DNA of 64,000 nucleotides from an uncultured Thermoplasmata archaeon (GCA_963768855.1 CAVYJM010000010.1:3545-67544), one strand, 5' to 3'; numbered from the stretch's first letter, positions 34,691-43,696 are shown. Numbers and translations: made by a program. The notes: generated by a model not told the origin, from the letters alone.

Positions 34691-34756
34691 ACCTGCTTCC
34701 CCCTCCGGGGGTGCGGCCTGGGGCCGATGCGGCCCCGGGCGCCGATTTCTGGCCTG

Positions 34757-35146
34757 CTAGCGCGAACGCCGTTTCGGATGCGGCGGCTCTGACTTCCAGA
34801 TGGGTACGATCCGTTTGACCTCGTCCATCGCCCAGGCGCACGCATCGAAGGCCTCGCGGCGGTGCGCCGCCGAGCAGGCGATCGCCACGGAGTCCCCGCC
34901 GACCGGGACGCGGCCGACGCGGTGCATGATGGACATGTCTAGGACGTGGAACTTGGACCGCGCCCGGTCGACGAGCTCCGCGAAGACCTTCTGGGCCATG
35001 GGCCCATAGGCCTCGTAGTCCAGGGCGGCCACGCCGGAATCCGCGCGGACGGAGCCGAGGAACAGGACGATCGCGCCCGCGTCCTCGCGGCGGACGCTCG
35101 CCACGACCGCCCCGACGTCGATCCGGCGTCGGGTGATCTCGATCAT
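34757..35146 (-). CDS. moaE: Molybdopterin synthase catalytic subunit MoaE
   Basis: GAIVLFLGSVR..., LDYEAY..MA and the IWKSE C-terminal motif. Confidence 0.8.
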   Translation of the reverse strand: MIEITRRRIDVGAVVASVRREDAGAIVLFLGSVRADSGVAALDYEAYGPMAQKVFAELVDRARSKFHVLDMSIMHRVGRVPVGGDSVAIACSAAHRREAFDACAWAMDEVKRIVPIWKSEPPHPKRRSR

Positions 35147-35394
35147 CGCGCGCCTCCGCTCACCGGGGGGAGCAGGGCGACCTCATCGTCCTCGTGCAGG
35201 ACCTGGGACGGATCTGCGAGGGCCTGGTTGACCGCGAGCATCATCGTGCCGCGATGCGGGGCGAGACGCGGATGGCGTCTCAGGAAGACGTCGAGGAACT
35301 CGCCGAGCGTGGCCCCCGGATCCGCCGTCCACACGACGTCCTTCGCGCCGACGATCTCGCGGTACGTGGCGAAGAGCTTGACGCGGAAACGCAT
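35143..35394 (-). CDS. moaD: Molybdopterin synthase sulfur-carrier subunit MoaD (ubiquitin-like)
   Basis: 83-aa beta-grasp pattern (RVKLFATYREIVG...DEVALLPPVSGG). The Gly-Gly is followed by two extra residues (AR). 4-nt overlap with moaE. Confidence 0.7.
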   Translation of the reverse strand: MRFRVKLFATYREIVGAKDVVWTADPGATLGEFLDVFLRRHPRLAPHRGTMMLAVNQALADPSQVLHEDDEVALLPPVSGGAR

Positions 35395-35435
35395 CGGGGC
35401 GGCCGATGCCGGGGCCGCCATTTGGGGTTTGCGCC

Positions 35436-35672
35436 TCAGAATGGCGGGAGCTTCGCGAGCAGGGCCGCCCGCCGCTCCCGCAGCTCGACCGCCACCCGGT
35501 CGAAGTAGGCCGCGACCGCGGCCTCGAGCCTCGGCCGGGCGGAGGCGGAGCGGGGGGAGCCAATGTACTGAAAGACCTGGACCCGACGCCCCGCGCGCTC
35601 CTCGTACCGCCAGAAGTAGAGGTAGGGGCGTCCCCGGATCACCTTGACCGTGAGACCGCAACCGACCTGCAT
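35436..35672 (-). CDS. Hypothetical 78-aa protein, first gene of the moaD-moaE transcription unit
   Basis: The ATG lies 16-36 nt downstream of palindrome copy c, giving leaderless geometry. Family not recognised. Confidence 0.35.
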   Translation of the reverse strand: MQVGCGLTVKVIRGRPYLYFWRYEERAGRRVQVFQYIGSPRSASARPRLEAAVAAYFDRVAVELRERRAALLAKLPPF

Positions 35673-35687
35673 CGCGCGTGGAACGAT

Positions 35688-35708
35688 GCAACCTTACTTA
35701 AGGTTAAC
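35688..35708. promoter_or_regulatory. Copy c of the recurrent palindrome (GCAACCTT-ACTT-AAGGTTAAC)
   Basis: Lies in the divergent intergenic region between the 78-aa ORF/moaDE unit and hflX. Confidence 0.45.
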
Positions 35709-35800
35709 TCGGCCGGACTCCCGCGAATGGGCGTCATGGACCCCCACCCCACCATTTCCTGTGGAAACGCTTATCGGATGGCCCTCCCTTCGACGGAACG

Positions 35801-37051
35801 TTGGACGTCCTCCTGGTCTCCCTCACGGACGACACGAATGAGATCGCGGCCCTCATCGATTCAGCGGGGCACCGCATCGTCGAGCGCATCGTCCAACGCC
35901 GGGACCACCCAGACCCGCAGACTTTCGTCGGGCGGGGCAAGCTGGAGGAGGTCCGGGAGCGGGTCGAGCGAGGCGACATCGTCCTCGTCGTGTTCAACGG
36001 CGAGCTCCGGCCCACGATGCACTATCACCTGGAGCAGGAACTCGGCGTCGAGTGCTACGACCGGCTCCGCGTGCTCCTCGAGCTGTTCGCGCAGCGCGCG
36101 GCGACCCGGGAGGCGAAGCTCCAGGTCGAGCTCGCCCTCCTCCACTACGAGGTCCCGCTCCTCCGGGAATGGATCCACGAGGCGGACATCGGCGAACGCC
36201 CGGGCTTCATGGCCGGCGGCGAACTCCGCGTCGACGCGTACTACGAGACCGTGAAGCGTCGCCTGAAGAAGATCAAGGACGAGCTCGAGACGATCCGACG
36301 GGAGCGCGACGTCCGACGCCAGCTGCGGAAGGAACGCGGGTATCACCTCGTCGCCCTGGCCGGGTACGCGAACGCGGGGAAGTCGTCCCTTCTGAACGCG
36401 CTGGCGAAGGAGCACGTCGTCGTCGATTCCCGGATGTTCTCGACCCTCTCCACGACGACCCGCACCCTGCCCGGCCCCCACCGGCGCATCCTTCTGACGG
36501 ATACGATCGGGTTCGTGGACGGAGTCCCCTTCTGGATGATCGAGGCGTTCAACGCCACGCTGGAGGAGATCTTCCAGGCCGATCTCATCCTCCTCCTCGT
36601 CGACGCGTTCGATCCGGTCGAGGAGATCCGCCGGAAAGTGCGTCTGGCGGCCCGGACGCTGCTCCCCAAGGTCCGGGTCGAGGCGATCCTGCCCGTCCTG
36701 GCGAAGGTGGACCTCCTCCCCGCGGACGCCGTCGCGGCGAAGGCCCGCGTCCTAGCCGAATCCGAGTTCCACCAACCGCCCCTGCGCCTCTCCGCCCGCA
36801 CGGGAGAGGGACTCGAGGATCTGCGCCGTGTGATCCAAGACCTGTTCGCTTATCCGGTCGAGATCCATCTGCTGCTCCCCCTGGACCCGGAAAGCGAGGC
36901 GAAGCTCCACTGGCTCCACGAGCGCACGGACGTCGTGTCCGTCGTCCACGCGCCGGATCGGATCGAAGCGGTCGTCCGCTGCCGGCCCCAGGACGAGGCC
37001 GCCGTGCAGGAACTCGGCCGGGTCGTGCTGCGACGGGATCTCAGCTCTTGA
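35801..37051 (+). CDS. hflX: GTPase HflX
   Basis: HflX N-domain plus G-domain: G1 GYANAGKSSLLNAL, G3 DTIGF, G4 AKVD. Apparent TTG start. Confidence 0.85.
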   Translation: MDVLLVSLTDDTNEIAALIDSAGHRIVERIVQRRDHPDPQTFVGRGKLEEVRERVERGDIVLVVFNGELRPTMHYHLEQELGVECYDRLRVLLELFAQRAATREAKLQVELALLHYEVPLLREWIHEADIGERPGFMAGGELRVDAYYETVKRRLKKIKDELETIRRERDVRRQLRKERGYHLVALAGYANAGKSSLLNALAKEHVVVDSRMFSTLSTTTRTLPGPHRRILLTDTIGFVDGVPFWMIEAFNATLEEIFQADLILLLVDAFDPVEEIRRKVRLAARTLLPKVRVEAILPVLAKVDLLPADAVAAKARVLAESEFHQPPLRLSARTGEGLEDLRRVIQDLFAYPVEIHLLLPLDPESEAKLHWLHERTDVVSVVHAPDRIEAVVRCRPQDEAAVQELGRVVLRRDLSS

Positions 37052-37418
37052 TGCGGAACTCCTTCCGCTTCGCTTGATACCTCTTCTCGTAGGAGGAGGG
37101 GAGGTGGTAGTACGCGAGTTCCTCGATCCGCTTCTGATTCTTCACGAAAATCTCCTTCGACGTCGTCGTCACGAGACGGTCGAACTCCCGCTCCTTGCGG
37201 ATCGTGTCGATGAAGTAGTACCCCCCGGCCAGGAGTGCGAGGAATCCGAGGAAGGCCACCCAGATCATCCAGTTCCCGATCCCGTTGTTGATGCTCTTCA
37301 GCCAGTCCGGGGTCTGGTTCGGGATGAGCCAGTAGGTGATGGAGAGGATCATGCTGAGGATGCCGAGCCCGAAGACGAGCGTGCTCAACTCGTAGCGGAA
37401 GTCTCTCAGGGAGACCAT
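37041..37418 (-). CDS. Small two-TM membrane protein
   Basis: 125 aa with two hydrophobic helices and then a charged helical tail. Family not recognised. Confidence 0.4.
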   Translation of the reverse strand: MVSLRDFRYELSTLVFGLGILSMILSITYWLIPNQTPDWLKSINNGIGNWMIWVAFLGFLALLAGGYYFIDTIRKEREFDRLVTTTSKEIFVKNQKRIEELAYYHLPSSYEKRYQAKRKEFRIKS

Positions 37419-37507
37419 GCGCCGCGGGCTATGGGTGCGACGGTCATAAGCTTTGCTCGCAGCAGCCCAAGGTTCAACCTCCGAGTCTGCATCTCCTCCC
37501 TCATCCC

Positions 37508-38683
37508 ATGGTGCTTCGGACGCCTTTGTATGACTGGCACGTCGCCGCGGGTGCACGCCTGATCGAGTTCGGCGGCTGGGAGATGCCTCTCCAGTACTCC
37601 GGGATCATCGAAGAACACCTCACCGTCCGGCGGGCCGCGGGGCTCTTCGATGTGAGTCACATGGGTAAGCTCCTGGTCCAGGGTCCGTCCGCGCACGCGT
37701 TCCTCGATGGGCTGAGCGCGAACGACGTGGCGACCATGCCCGGTCGGGCGCGCTACACGCATCTCCTGCGGGAAGACGGCACGACCATCGATGACCTCAT
37801 CATCACCACCCTCGCCTCGGACCGGTTCTTCGTCGTCTGCAACGCGGGTCCCCGCCCCGCGGTCCTCGCCTGGCTCGAGGCGCACCGCCCCGCGGACGTG
37901 CGCATCGATGACCTGACCTTGTCCCACCTGTGCCTCGCGTTGCAGGGTCCTGAGGCGCCCGACCTGCTCCAACGGTTCACGTCCGTCGAGCTGCGCGGGG
38001 TCAAGCCGTTCTGGGGCGCGGTCTTGGACTTCGACCCGTCCCGGGGGCGGGTTGCAGTGGAAACCGAGGGGTGGGGGTCTGTGGTTCAGGACGCCCTGAC
38101 GGCGGCCGCCTCGGGCTTGGAGGCCACCTCCGGTTCCGGTGGAGCCCGGTTCCTCGCCACCCATACGGGCTACACCGGGGAGATGGGGTTCGAGCTCTTT
38201 CCACCCGCAACGATGGGGCGGGGGGTCTGGGAAACCCTTCTCGCGGCCGGCGCGGATGTCGGCATCAGGCCAATCGGCCTGGGCGCCCGCGACACCCTCC
38301 GCCTGGAAAAGGGCTACCTCTTGTCGGGGCAGGACTTCACGGGCACGCAGACCCCCCTTGAGACAAACTGTGCGTGGATCGTGAAGTGGGACCGCCCGTT
38401 CGTCGGGCGAGCGGCCCTCCAGGCTCAGCGCTCCCGGGACGACTACCCTCGGCTGGTCGGGCTGAGGCTCTTGGACCGTGGGATTCCCCGGCACGAGTGC
38501 GCGGTCCTCTCCGAAGGCTTGCCGATCGGGCGCGTCACGAGCGGCACGCTCTCGCCATCCCTGCGCCTCGGCATCGCGCTCGCTTCCATCGATAGGGCGC
38601 ATGCCGCGCCCGGCGTTCGGGTCGACGTTGACATCCGCGACACACGGCATCCCGCGCAGGTGGTCCGCCTCCCCTTCTTGTGA
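37508..38683 (+). CDS. gcvT: Glycine cleavage system aminomethyltransferase (T protein)
   Basis: TPLYDWH...GARLIEFGGWEMPLQY and AGLFDVSHMGKL; full-length GcvT architecture. Confidence 0.85.
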   Translation: MVLRTPLYDWHVAAGARLIEFGGWEMPLQYSGIIEEHLTVRRAAGLFDVSHMGKLLVQGPSAHAFLDGLSANDVATMPGRARYTHLLREDGTTIDDLIITTLASDRFFVVCNAGPRPAVLAWLEAHRPADVRIDDLTLSHLCLALQGPEAPDLLQRFTSVELRGVKPFWGAVLDFDPSRGRVAVETEGWGSVVQDALTAAASGLEATSGSGGARFLATHTGYTGEMGFELFPPATMGRGVWETLLAAGADVGIRPIGLGARDTLRLEKGYLLSGQDFTGTQTPLETNCAWIVKWDRPFVGRAALQAQRSRDDYPRLVGLRLLDRGIPRHECAVLSEGLPIGRVTSGTLSPSLRLGIALASIDRAHAAPGVRVDVDIRDTRHPAQVVRLPFL

Positions 38684-38766
38684 ACCGCCTCCCTATGGAG
38701 AGATTTCGGTTCTCCTCAAGTCCGCACCCGCAGGGTTAAAGGCCCCCGCTGCGTTGTCAGGACCAA

Positions 38767-38809
38767 CTGGTAACAAACATGGTAAACGAATGCCGGGCGG
38801 CTGGTAACA
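38767..38809. repeat. CTGGTAACA direct repeat (two copies plus a GGTAAAC half-copy) upstream of nrdJ
   Basis: Copies at 38767-38775 and 38801-38809, with GGTAAAC at 38781-38787. The site is just upstream of a TATA-like AAAAAGAACTATA at about 38821-38833. Confidence 0.4.
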
Positions 38810-38923
38810 GACGTGCTTCAAAAAGAACTATACCCCCTCACCCTGTTCGCCGCGCCCACCCCCAGGGATGGTCCGTAACGACTGGCCTGTCCGTCACCGA
38901 ACCCTGTCTGGAGAGGTTCTTCC

Positions 38924-41188
38924 ATGGAGCAGATCAAAGTTGAATCGAAGGGCATCGACGTCCTCGCCCCTGAGCCCGATCCCAAGCTGTCCGAGAACGC
39001 CCTCCGGGTCCTCGAGAAGCGATACCTGAAGCGGGATGACAAGAACAACGTCACGGAGACTCCCAAGGAGCTGTTCGTCCGCGTGGCTTGGAACCTGGCC
39101 CAGGCCGAACGCTACTACGGCGCCGACGAGACGCGCGTCGCGGAGATGGCCCGCCGTTTCTACCGCCTCATGGCCGACCTGGATTTCCTGCCGAACAGCC
39201 CTACCCTGATGAACGCGGGGCTCGAACTCCAGCAGCTGAGCGCGTGCTTCGTCCTGCCCGTCGACGACAGCCTCGCCGGAATCTTCGAGGCGCTCAAGCA
39301 GCAGGCGCTCATCCACCAGTCCGGCGGCGGCACGGGTTTCTCCTTCTCACGGCTCCGGCCCAAGGGCGACTTCGTCAAGTCCACGATGGGGGTGGCCTCG
39401 GGCCCCGTCTCATTCATGAAGATCTTCGACGAGGCGACGCAGCAGGTCAAGCAGGGGGGAAAGCGCCGCGGAGCGAACATGGGCATCCTCCGCGTAGACC
39501 ACCCCGACATCCTCGAGTTCATCACGTGCAAGGACAAGACCTCGGAGATCACGAACTTCAACATCTCCGTGGCCGTGACCGACAAGTTCATGGAGGCCGT
39601 GAAGGCCGGCACGACCTACGATCTCGTGAACCCCCGGAACAAGCAGGTCGTGAAGAAGCTCGACGCCCGCGAGGTCTTCGACAAGATCGCCTTCCAGGCG
39701 TGGAAGAACGGCGAGCCGGGACTCTTCCTCGTGGACGAGACGAACCGCCGGCAGTCGACGCCGAACGTCGGCCTGATGGAAGCGACGAATCCGTGCGTCA
39801 CGGGGGACACCTTGGTGTCGACCGAACGCGGCTTGGTTTCCATGGCGGAGCTCGCAGAGAGATACCCTGATGGCGGGATTTCTATCGTAACGGACCGTCG
39901 CGTCCCCGCAGAGGTCGTCACCGAGTCCAACGGCATGCTCCTCGCCTCGCGGGACGAAGCGGAGCGCGGCACGCGGCTCGGGCCTATGCTCGCGGCTTGG
40001 CGGACGGGCGTCAAGCCCGTGTGGAGGATTACGACGAAGTCCGGGTTCGTGCTGAGCGGCACGGCGGACCACAAGGTGCTGACCACAGAGGGGTGGGTTC
40101 CGATAGGAGACTTGGTCCCAGGGGTCCACAAGGTGCTGATTCAGTCGGGCGAAGGGAAGTATACAGAGGACCGAAGCCTCCCCTTTGAGCCAATCAACGT
40201 TCACATCGGCGGCAACGGGAAGACGACGATTCTCAACCTCCCGACCAAATGGTCCCGAGAACTCGGTTTGGTGCTCGGCTGGCTCTTGGGCGACGGCTGG
40301 TTGCGGTCCGGCGACAAGAACTGCCGAGTGGGTTTTACGTTTTCGAAGAGTGACGCACCGATGTTTGCCTCGCTCAAGCCGATCTTGAATCGATGGTACG
40401 GACGGGAAATTCGCGGCGTTCGCAGAACCAACGGCGTCTACCATCTGTCCTATCACTCACGGTTCTTCGTCGAGTTCTTCGAGCGACTTGGCGTGAAATC
40501 TGTCGACGGTGCCGAGAAGGAAGTTCCCCGGTCCTTGTTCACCGCGCCGCGTGAAGCAGTGGTTGGATTCCTACAGGGCTTGTTCACCGCAGATGGTACT
40601 GTGAGGGATCACCGGAACTGCAACAGCTCCGGGATCGCCCTCACCTCCAAGAGCCATGAGCTACTCCGAGGCGTGCAGTTGCTCCTCCTGGGCCTCGGAA
40701 TCCGCTCCCGGATTCTGAACCGGAGTCGCGCACCTCGGAAGGCGTTGTTCAGATATGTAACGAAGGACGGAGAGGATCGAACCTACGGCTCCGATGGTGT
40801 GTTGTATGAGCTTTTCATCTTCGGGGAGTCAAGGCAGCGATTCGAGCACGCCGTCGGATTTCTGGATGAAAAGCACGCCCAGCTATCTCACGTCCGCTAT
40901 CCGCGCTTCTACCAAACGAAGTTCGAGGACAAGCTGACCGGAAAGGAACTCCTCGGGGATCGCGAGGTCTTCGATCTCACAGAAGCCTCTTCGCATTCAA
41001 TGATATGCAACGGCATCGTCGTTCGGCAGTGCGGCGAGCAGCCACTCTTCCCCTACGAGTCCTGCAACCTCGGTTCGGTCAACCTCGAGAAGCACATGGT
41101 CCGCGGCCGGGGCACGACCGGTGGGAGGTCGACTGGAAGAAGCTCGAAGCCACGATCCGGACGACCGTCCGCATGCTCGACAACGTGA
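38924..41188 (+). CDS. nrdJ: Class II (adenosylcobalamin-dependent) ribonucleotide reductase, N-extein plus intein plus start of the C-extein; the frame is lost after about 41100
   Basis: LPNSPTLMNAG, SACFVLPV, GGGTGFSFSRLRP, GKRRGANM and ...LMEATNP|intein|CGEQPLFPYESCNLGSVNLEKHMV. After that the frame decays into Arg/Ser/Gly-rich sequence and reaches a stop at 41188. Confidence 0.85.
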   Translation: MEQIKVESKGIDVLAPEPDPKLSENALRVLEKRYLKRDDKNNVTETPKELFVRVAWNLAQAERYYGADETRVAEMARRFYRLMADLDFLPNSPTLMNAGLELQQLSACFVLPVDDSLAGIFEALKQQALIHQSGGGTGFSFSRLRPKGDFVKSTMGVASGPVSFMKIFDEATQQVKQGGKRRGANMGILRVDHPDILEFITCKDKTSEITNFNISVAVTDKFMEAVKAGTTYDLVNPRNKQVVKKLDAREVFDKIAFQAWKNGEPGLFLVDETNRRQSTPNVGLMEATNPCVTGDTLVSTERGLVSMAELAERYPDGGISIVTDRRVPAEVVTESNGMLLASRDEAERGTRLGPMLAAWRTGVKPVWRITTKSGFVLSGTADHKVLTTEGWVPIGDLVPGVHKVLIQSGEGKYTEDRSLPFEPINVHIGGNGKTTILNLPTKWSRELGLVLGWLLGDGWLRSGDKNCRVGFTFSKSDAPMFASLKPILNRWYGREIRGVRRTNGVYHLSYHSRFFVEFFERLGVKSVDGAEKEVPRSLFTAPREAVVGFLQGLFTADGTVRDHRNCNSSGIALTSKSHELLRGVQLLLLGLGIRSRILNRSRAPRKALFRYVTKDGEDRTYGSDGVLYELFIFGESRQRFEHAVGFLDEKHAQLSHVRYPRFYQTKFEDKLTGKELLGDREVFDLTEASSHSMICNGIVVRQCGEQPLFPYESCNLGSVNLEKHMVRGRGTTGGRSTGRSSKPRSGRPSACSTT
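39794..41029 (+). mobile_element. Intein (412 aa) with a LAGLIDADG homing-endonuclease domain
   Basis: Block A is CVTGDTLV. The LAGLIDADG motifs are LVLGWLLGDGWL and VVGFLQGLFTADGTV. Block G is NGIVVRQ, followed by the +1 Cys of NPCGEQ. A spot count gives 53% GC for the line at 40741. Confidence 0.85.
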
Positions 41189-42531
41189 TCGACATGAACG
41201 CCTACCCGGTCAAGGAAATCGAGGAGATGACGAAGGCCACGCGGAAGGTCGGCCTGGGCGTCATGGGCTTCGCGCGCATGCTCTTCATGCTCGAGGTCCC
41301 CTACGACGGCCCCGAGGGCGTCGAGTGGGGACGCAAGATTATGCGGTTCCTCCACGAGACCGGCTACGACGAGAGCCAGAAGCTCGCGGCGGAGCGCGGC
41401 ACCTACCCGGCGTGGGAGGGGAGCCGCCATTGGGAGCAGGGCCTCCGGATGCGCAACTCGTACGTGACCACGGTCGCGCCGACGGGCACCCTGTCCATGA
41501 TCGCGGACACGTCCGGCGGCTGTGAGCCCGAGTTCAGCCTGATCTGGTTCAAGCGGGTCATGGAGGGTGAGGAGCTTCCATACTTCCTCGAGTACTTCGA
41601 GGAGGTCGCGCGTCGGGAGGGATTCTGGCGGGAGGACCTCGTCCAGCGGATCACGGAGAACCACGGATCGACCCGCGGCATTGCGGACATCCCGGAGAAG
41701 TGGCAGCGCGTCTTCGCCGTCGCCCACGACGTCGCGCCGGAGTGGCACGTCCGGATGCAGGCCGCCTTCCAGGATTACTGCGACGCCGCCGTGTCCAAGA
41801 CGATCAACCTTCCGAAGGAGGCGACCGCGGAGGACGTCAAGAAGGCGTACCTCCTGGCCTTCGACCTGAAGTGCAAGGGCATCACGGTGTACCGCGACGG
41901 CTCGCGCGAGGACCAGGTGATGAACATCGGCGTCTCGGAGACGGAGAAGCCGAAGGAAGTCAAGATCCAGGTCCCCGCGGAGGTCCCCGTGGCCCTGCGC
42001 CCGCGGCCCCGTCCGGACGTGATCACGGGCCGCACCCAGAAGATCCTGACGGGCTACGGCGCCCTGTACGTCACGGTCAACGAGGACGACAGGGGGCTGT
42101 TCGAGGTCTTCGCCCAGATCGGCCGCGGCGGCGGGTACACCGCGTCCTTCACGGAAGGCATCGCGCGCCTCGTGTCCCTCTGCCTGCGGTCCGGCGTCCC
42201 GGTCGATGAGATCATCGACCAGCTCGAGGGTATCCGCAGCCCGCGGATCGCCGTCGACCACGGCGAGCGGGTGTACTCCGTCCCGGATGCGGTCGCGAAG
42301 GCGATGAAGCGCCACATCGGGATGCAGAAGACCGGCGTCCAGCCGCCCGTCGAGACATACGACGAGCTCGGGGGCGCCGTCGAGACGGACGTCGAGCTGG
42401 AGAAGGAGTCCCGCGACGTCGAGGAGATGCTCAAGAAGGGCCTGAACCCGGAGTGCCCGGAGTGCGGGAAGCAGCTCGTGTACGAGGAGGGCTGCGTGAA
42501 GTGCCACTCCTGCGGGTACTCCGAGTGCTGA
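41005..42531 (+). CDS. nrdJ: Class II ribonucleotide reductase, C-extein remainder (frame is -1 relative to the upstream part)
   Basis: Homology resumes at about 41128: EVDWKKLEATIRTTVRMLDNVIDMNAYP, VGLGVMGF, TVAPTGT, SKTINLP and the C-terminal zinc ribbon CPECGKQLVYEEGCVKCHSCG. Confidence 0.85.
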   Translation: MQRHRRSAVRRAATLPLRVLQPRFGQPREAHGPRPGHDRWEVDWKKLEATIRTTVRMLDNVIDMNAYPVKEIEEMTKATRKVGLGVMGFARMLFMLEVPYDGPEGVEWGRKIMRFLHETGYDESQKLAAERGTYPAWEGSRHWEQGLRMRNSYVTTVAPTGTLSMIADTSGGCEPEFSLIWFKRVMEGEELPYFLEYFEEVARREGFWREDLVQRITENHGSTRGIADIPEKWQRVFAVAHDVAPEWHVRMQAAFQDYCDAAVSKTINLPKEATAEDVKKAYLLAFDLKCKGITVYRDGSREDQVMNIGVSETEKPKEVKIQVPAEVPVALRPRPRPDVITGRTQKILTGYGALYVTVNEDDRGLFEVFAQIGRGGGYTASFTEGIARLVSLCLRSGVPVDEIIDQLEGIRSPRIAVDHGERVYSVPDAVAKAMKRHIGMQKTGVQPPVETYDELGGAVETDVELEKESRDVEEMLKKGLNPECPECGKQLVYEEGCVKCHSCGYSEC

Positions 42532-42586
42532 TTCCGCCACCCCGACGGTCGAAAGGGAGAAGTGCCCGCGCGGCTACCCGGGTTCG

Positions 42587-43582
42587 ATGGCCCGCGTCCT
42601 CTTCACCTGCTCAATGGACGCCGAGCGCCGTGCGGTCCTCGCGGAGCGGAACCGGGACGCGTTCGAGGCCGTGATCCTCGACGATCTGCCGGAGCCTTCG
42701 CGGGTCACGGCCTGGTCCCAGGCGGACGTCCTCGTCACGACGGGCTTCGGGCGCGAGATTCCCGACGACCTGGCGGCTCGCGCGCCGCGCCTCCGGATGC
42801 TCCAGACCTTGGTCGCCGGGGTCGACCACCTGCCGTACCGCTCCCTGCCGAAATCTCTCCTCGTGTGCGGGAACGCGGGTGCGTACAACACCTCCGTGGG
42901 GGAGCACGCGATGGCGCTCCTGCTCTCCGCGGCGAAGGACGTCCCGCAGCGGACCCGCGAGATCGCGGCCGGCGTGTTCGACCAGAACGCACCGAGCAAA
43001 GCCCTCTCCGGCGCGACGGTCCTGATCCTCGGAATGGGCGGGATCGGGACGACCGTCGCGGGTGCGTGCAAGGCCTTCCGGATGCACGTGATTGGCGTCA
43101 GCCGGTCCGGGACGCTCGTCGCGCCCGCGGACGAGGCGGGCACCTTGGCGGACGTCCCCCGTCTCCTCCCCCGGGCCGACTACGTCGTCCTCGCGCTGCC
43201 CCTCACCGCGACGACCGTGGGCCTCGTGAACCGAGCGTTCCTGTCCGCGATGAAGGACGACGCGGTCCTCGTGAACATCGCCCGCGGCCGGATGGTCGTC
43301 GAGGACGACTTGTTCGAGCACCTGCGCGCCCATCCGGACTTCCGCGCCGCGCTGGACGTCTGGTGGGTCTACCCGGCCGGGACGTCCGGTCGACCCTTCC
43401 ATCGCCCGTTCCACGAACTCCTGAACGTGATCATGACCCCGCACAACGCGAACGCGATCCCGGGGCAGCGCCGGTGGGCCATGGAGGCGGCCCTCGACAA
43501 CGTCCTCCGATTCCTGCACGGGGAGACGCCCCGGAACGTCGTGGACGTGACAGAATATGACACTGGCGCCGGGTCCCGTTAA
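42587..43582 (+). CDS. D-isomer-specific 2-hydroxyacid dehydrogenase family protein
   Basis: NAD fold ATVLILGMGGIGTTVA, LVNIARG and the catalytic MTPHNA region. Confidence 0.75.
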   Translation: MARVLFTCSMDAERRAVLAERNRDAFEAVILDDLPEPSRVTAWSQADVLVTTGFGREIPDDLAARAPRLRMLQTLVAGVDHLPYRSLPKSLLVCGNAGAYNTSVGEHAMALLLSAAKDVPQRTREIAAGVFDQNAPSKALSGATVLILGMGGIGTTVAGACKAFRMHVIGVSRSGTLVAPADEAGTLADVPRLLPRADYVVLALPLTATTVGLVNRAFLSAMKDDAVLVNIARGRMVVEDDLFEHLRAHPDFRAALDVWWVYPAGTSGRPFHRPFHELLNVIMTPHNANAIPGQRRWAMEAALDNVLRFLHGETPRNVVDVTEYDTGAGSR

Positions 43583-43696
43583 CCGATGGGCGCCGTTACC
43601 CCCTAGACAATACCTTGTGACATAAAGGCTTAAAAGGGGTCCCCCCTACTTGCCGGCACTCCCGATATCCACGTGTGATGTCCGGGAGGTGTGTCT

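Noticed and set aside
38684-38923. A possible cobalamin riboswitch in the long leader of the B12-dependent RNR gene.
   Set aside because: I could not find a B12-box-like element or the expected conserved helices by eye, and riboswitches are rare in archaea. Only the direct repeats are reported. A covariance-model scan (Rfam RF00174) would settle it.
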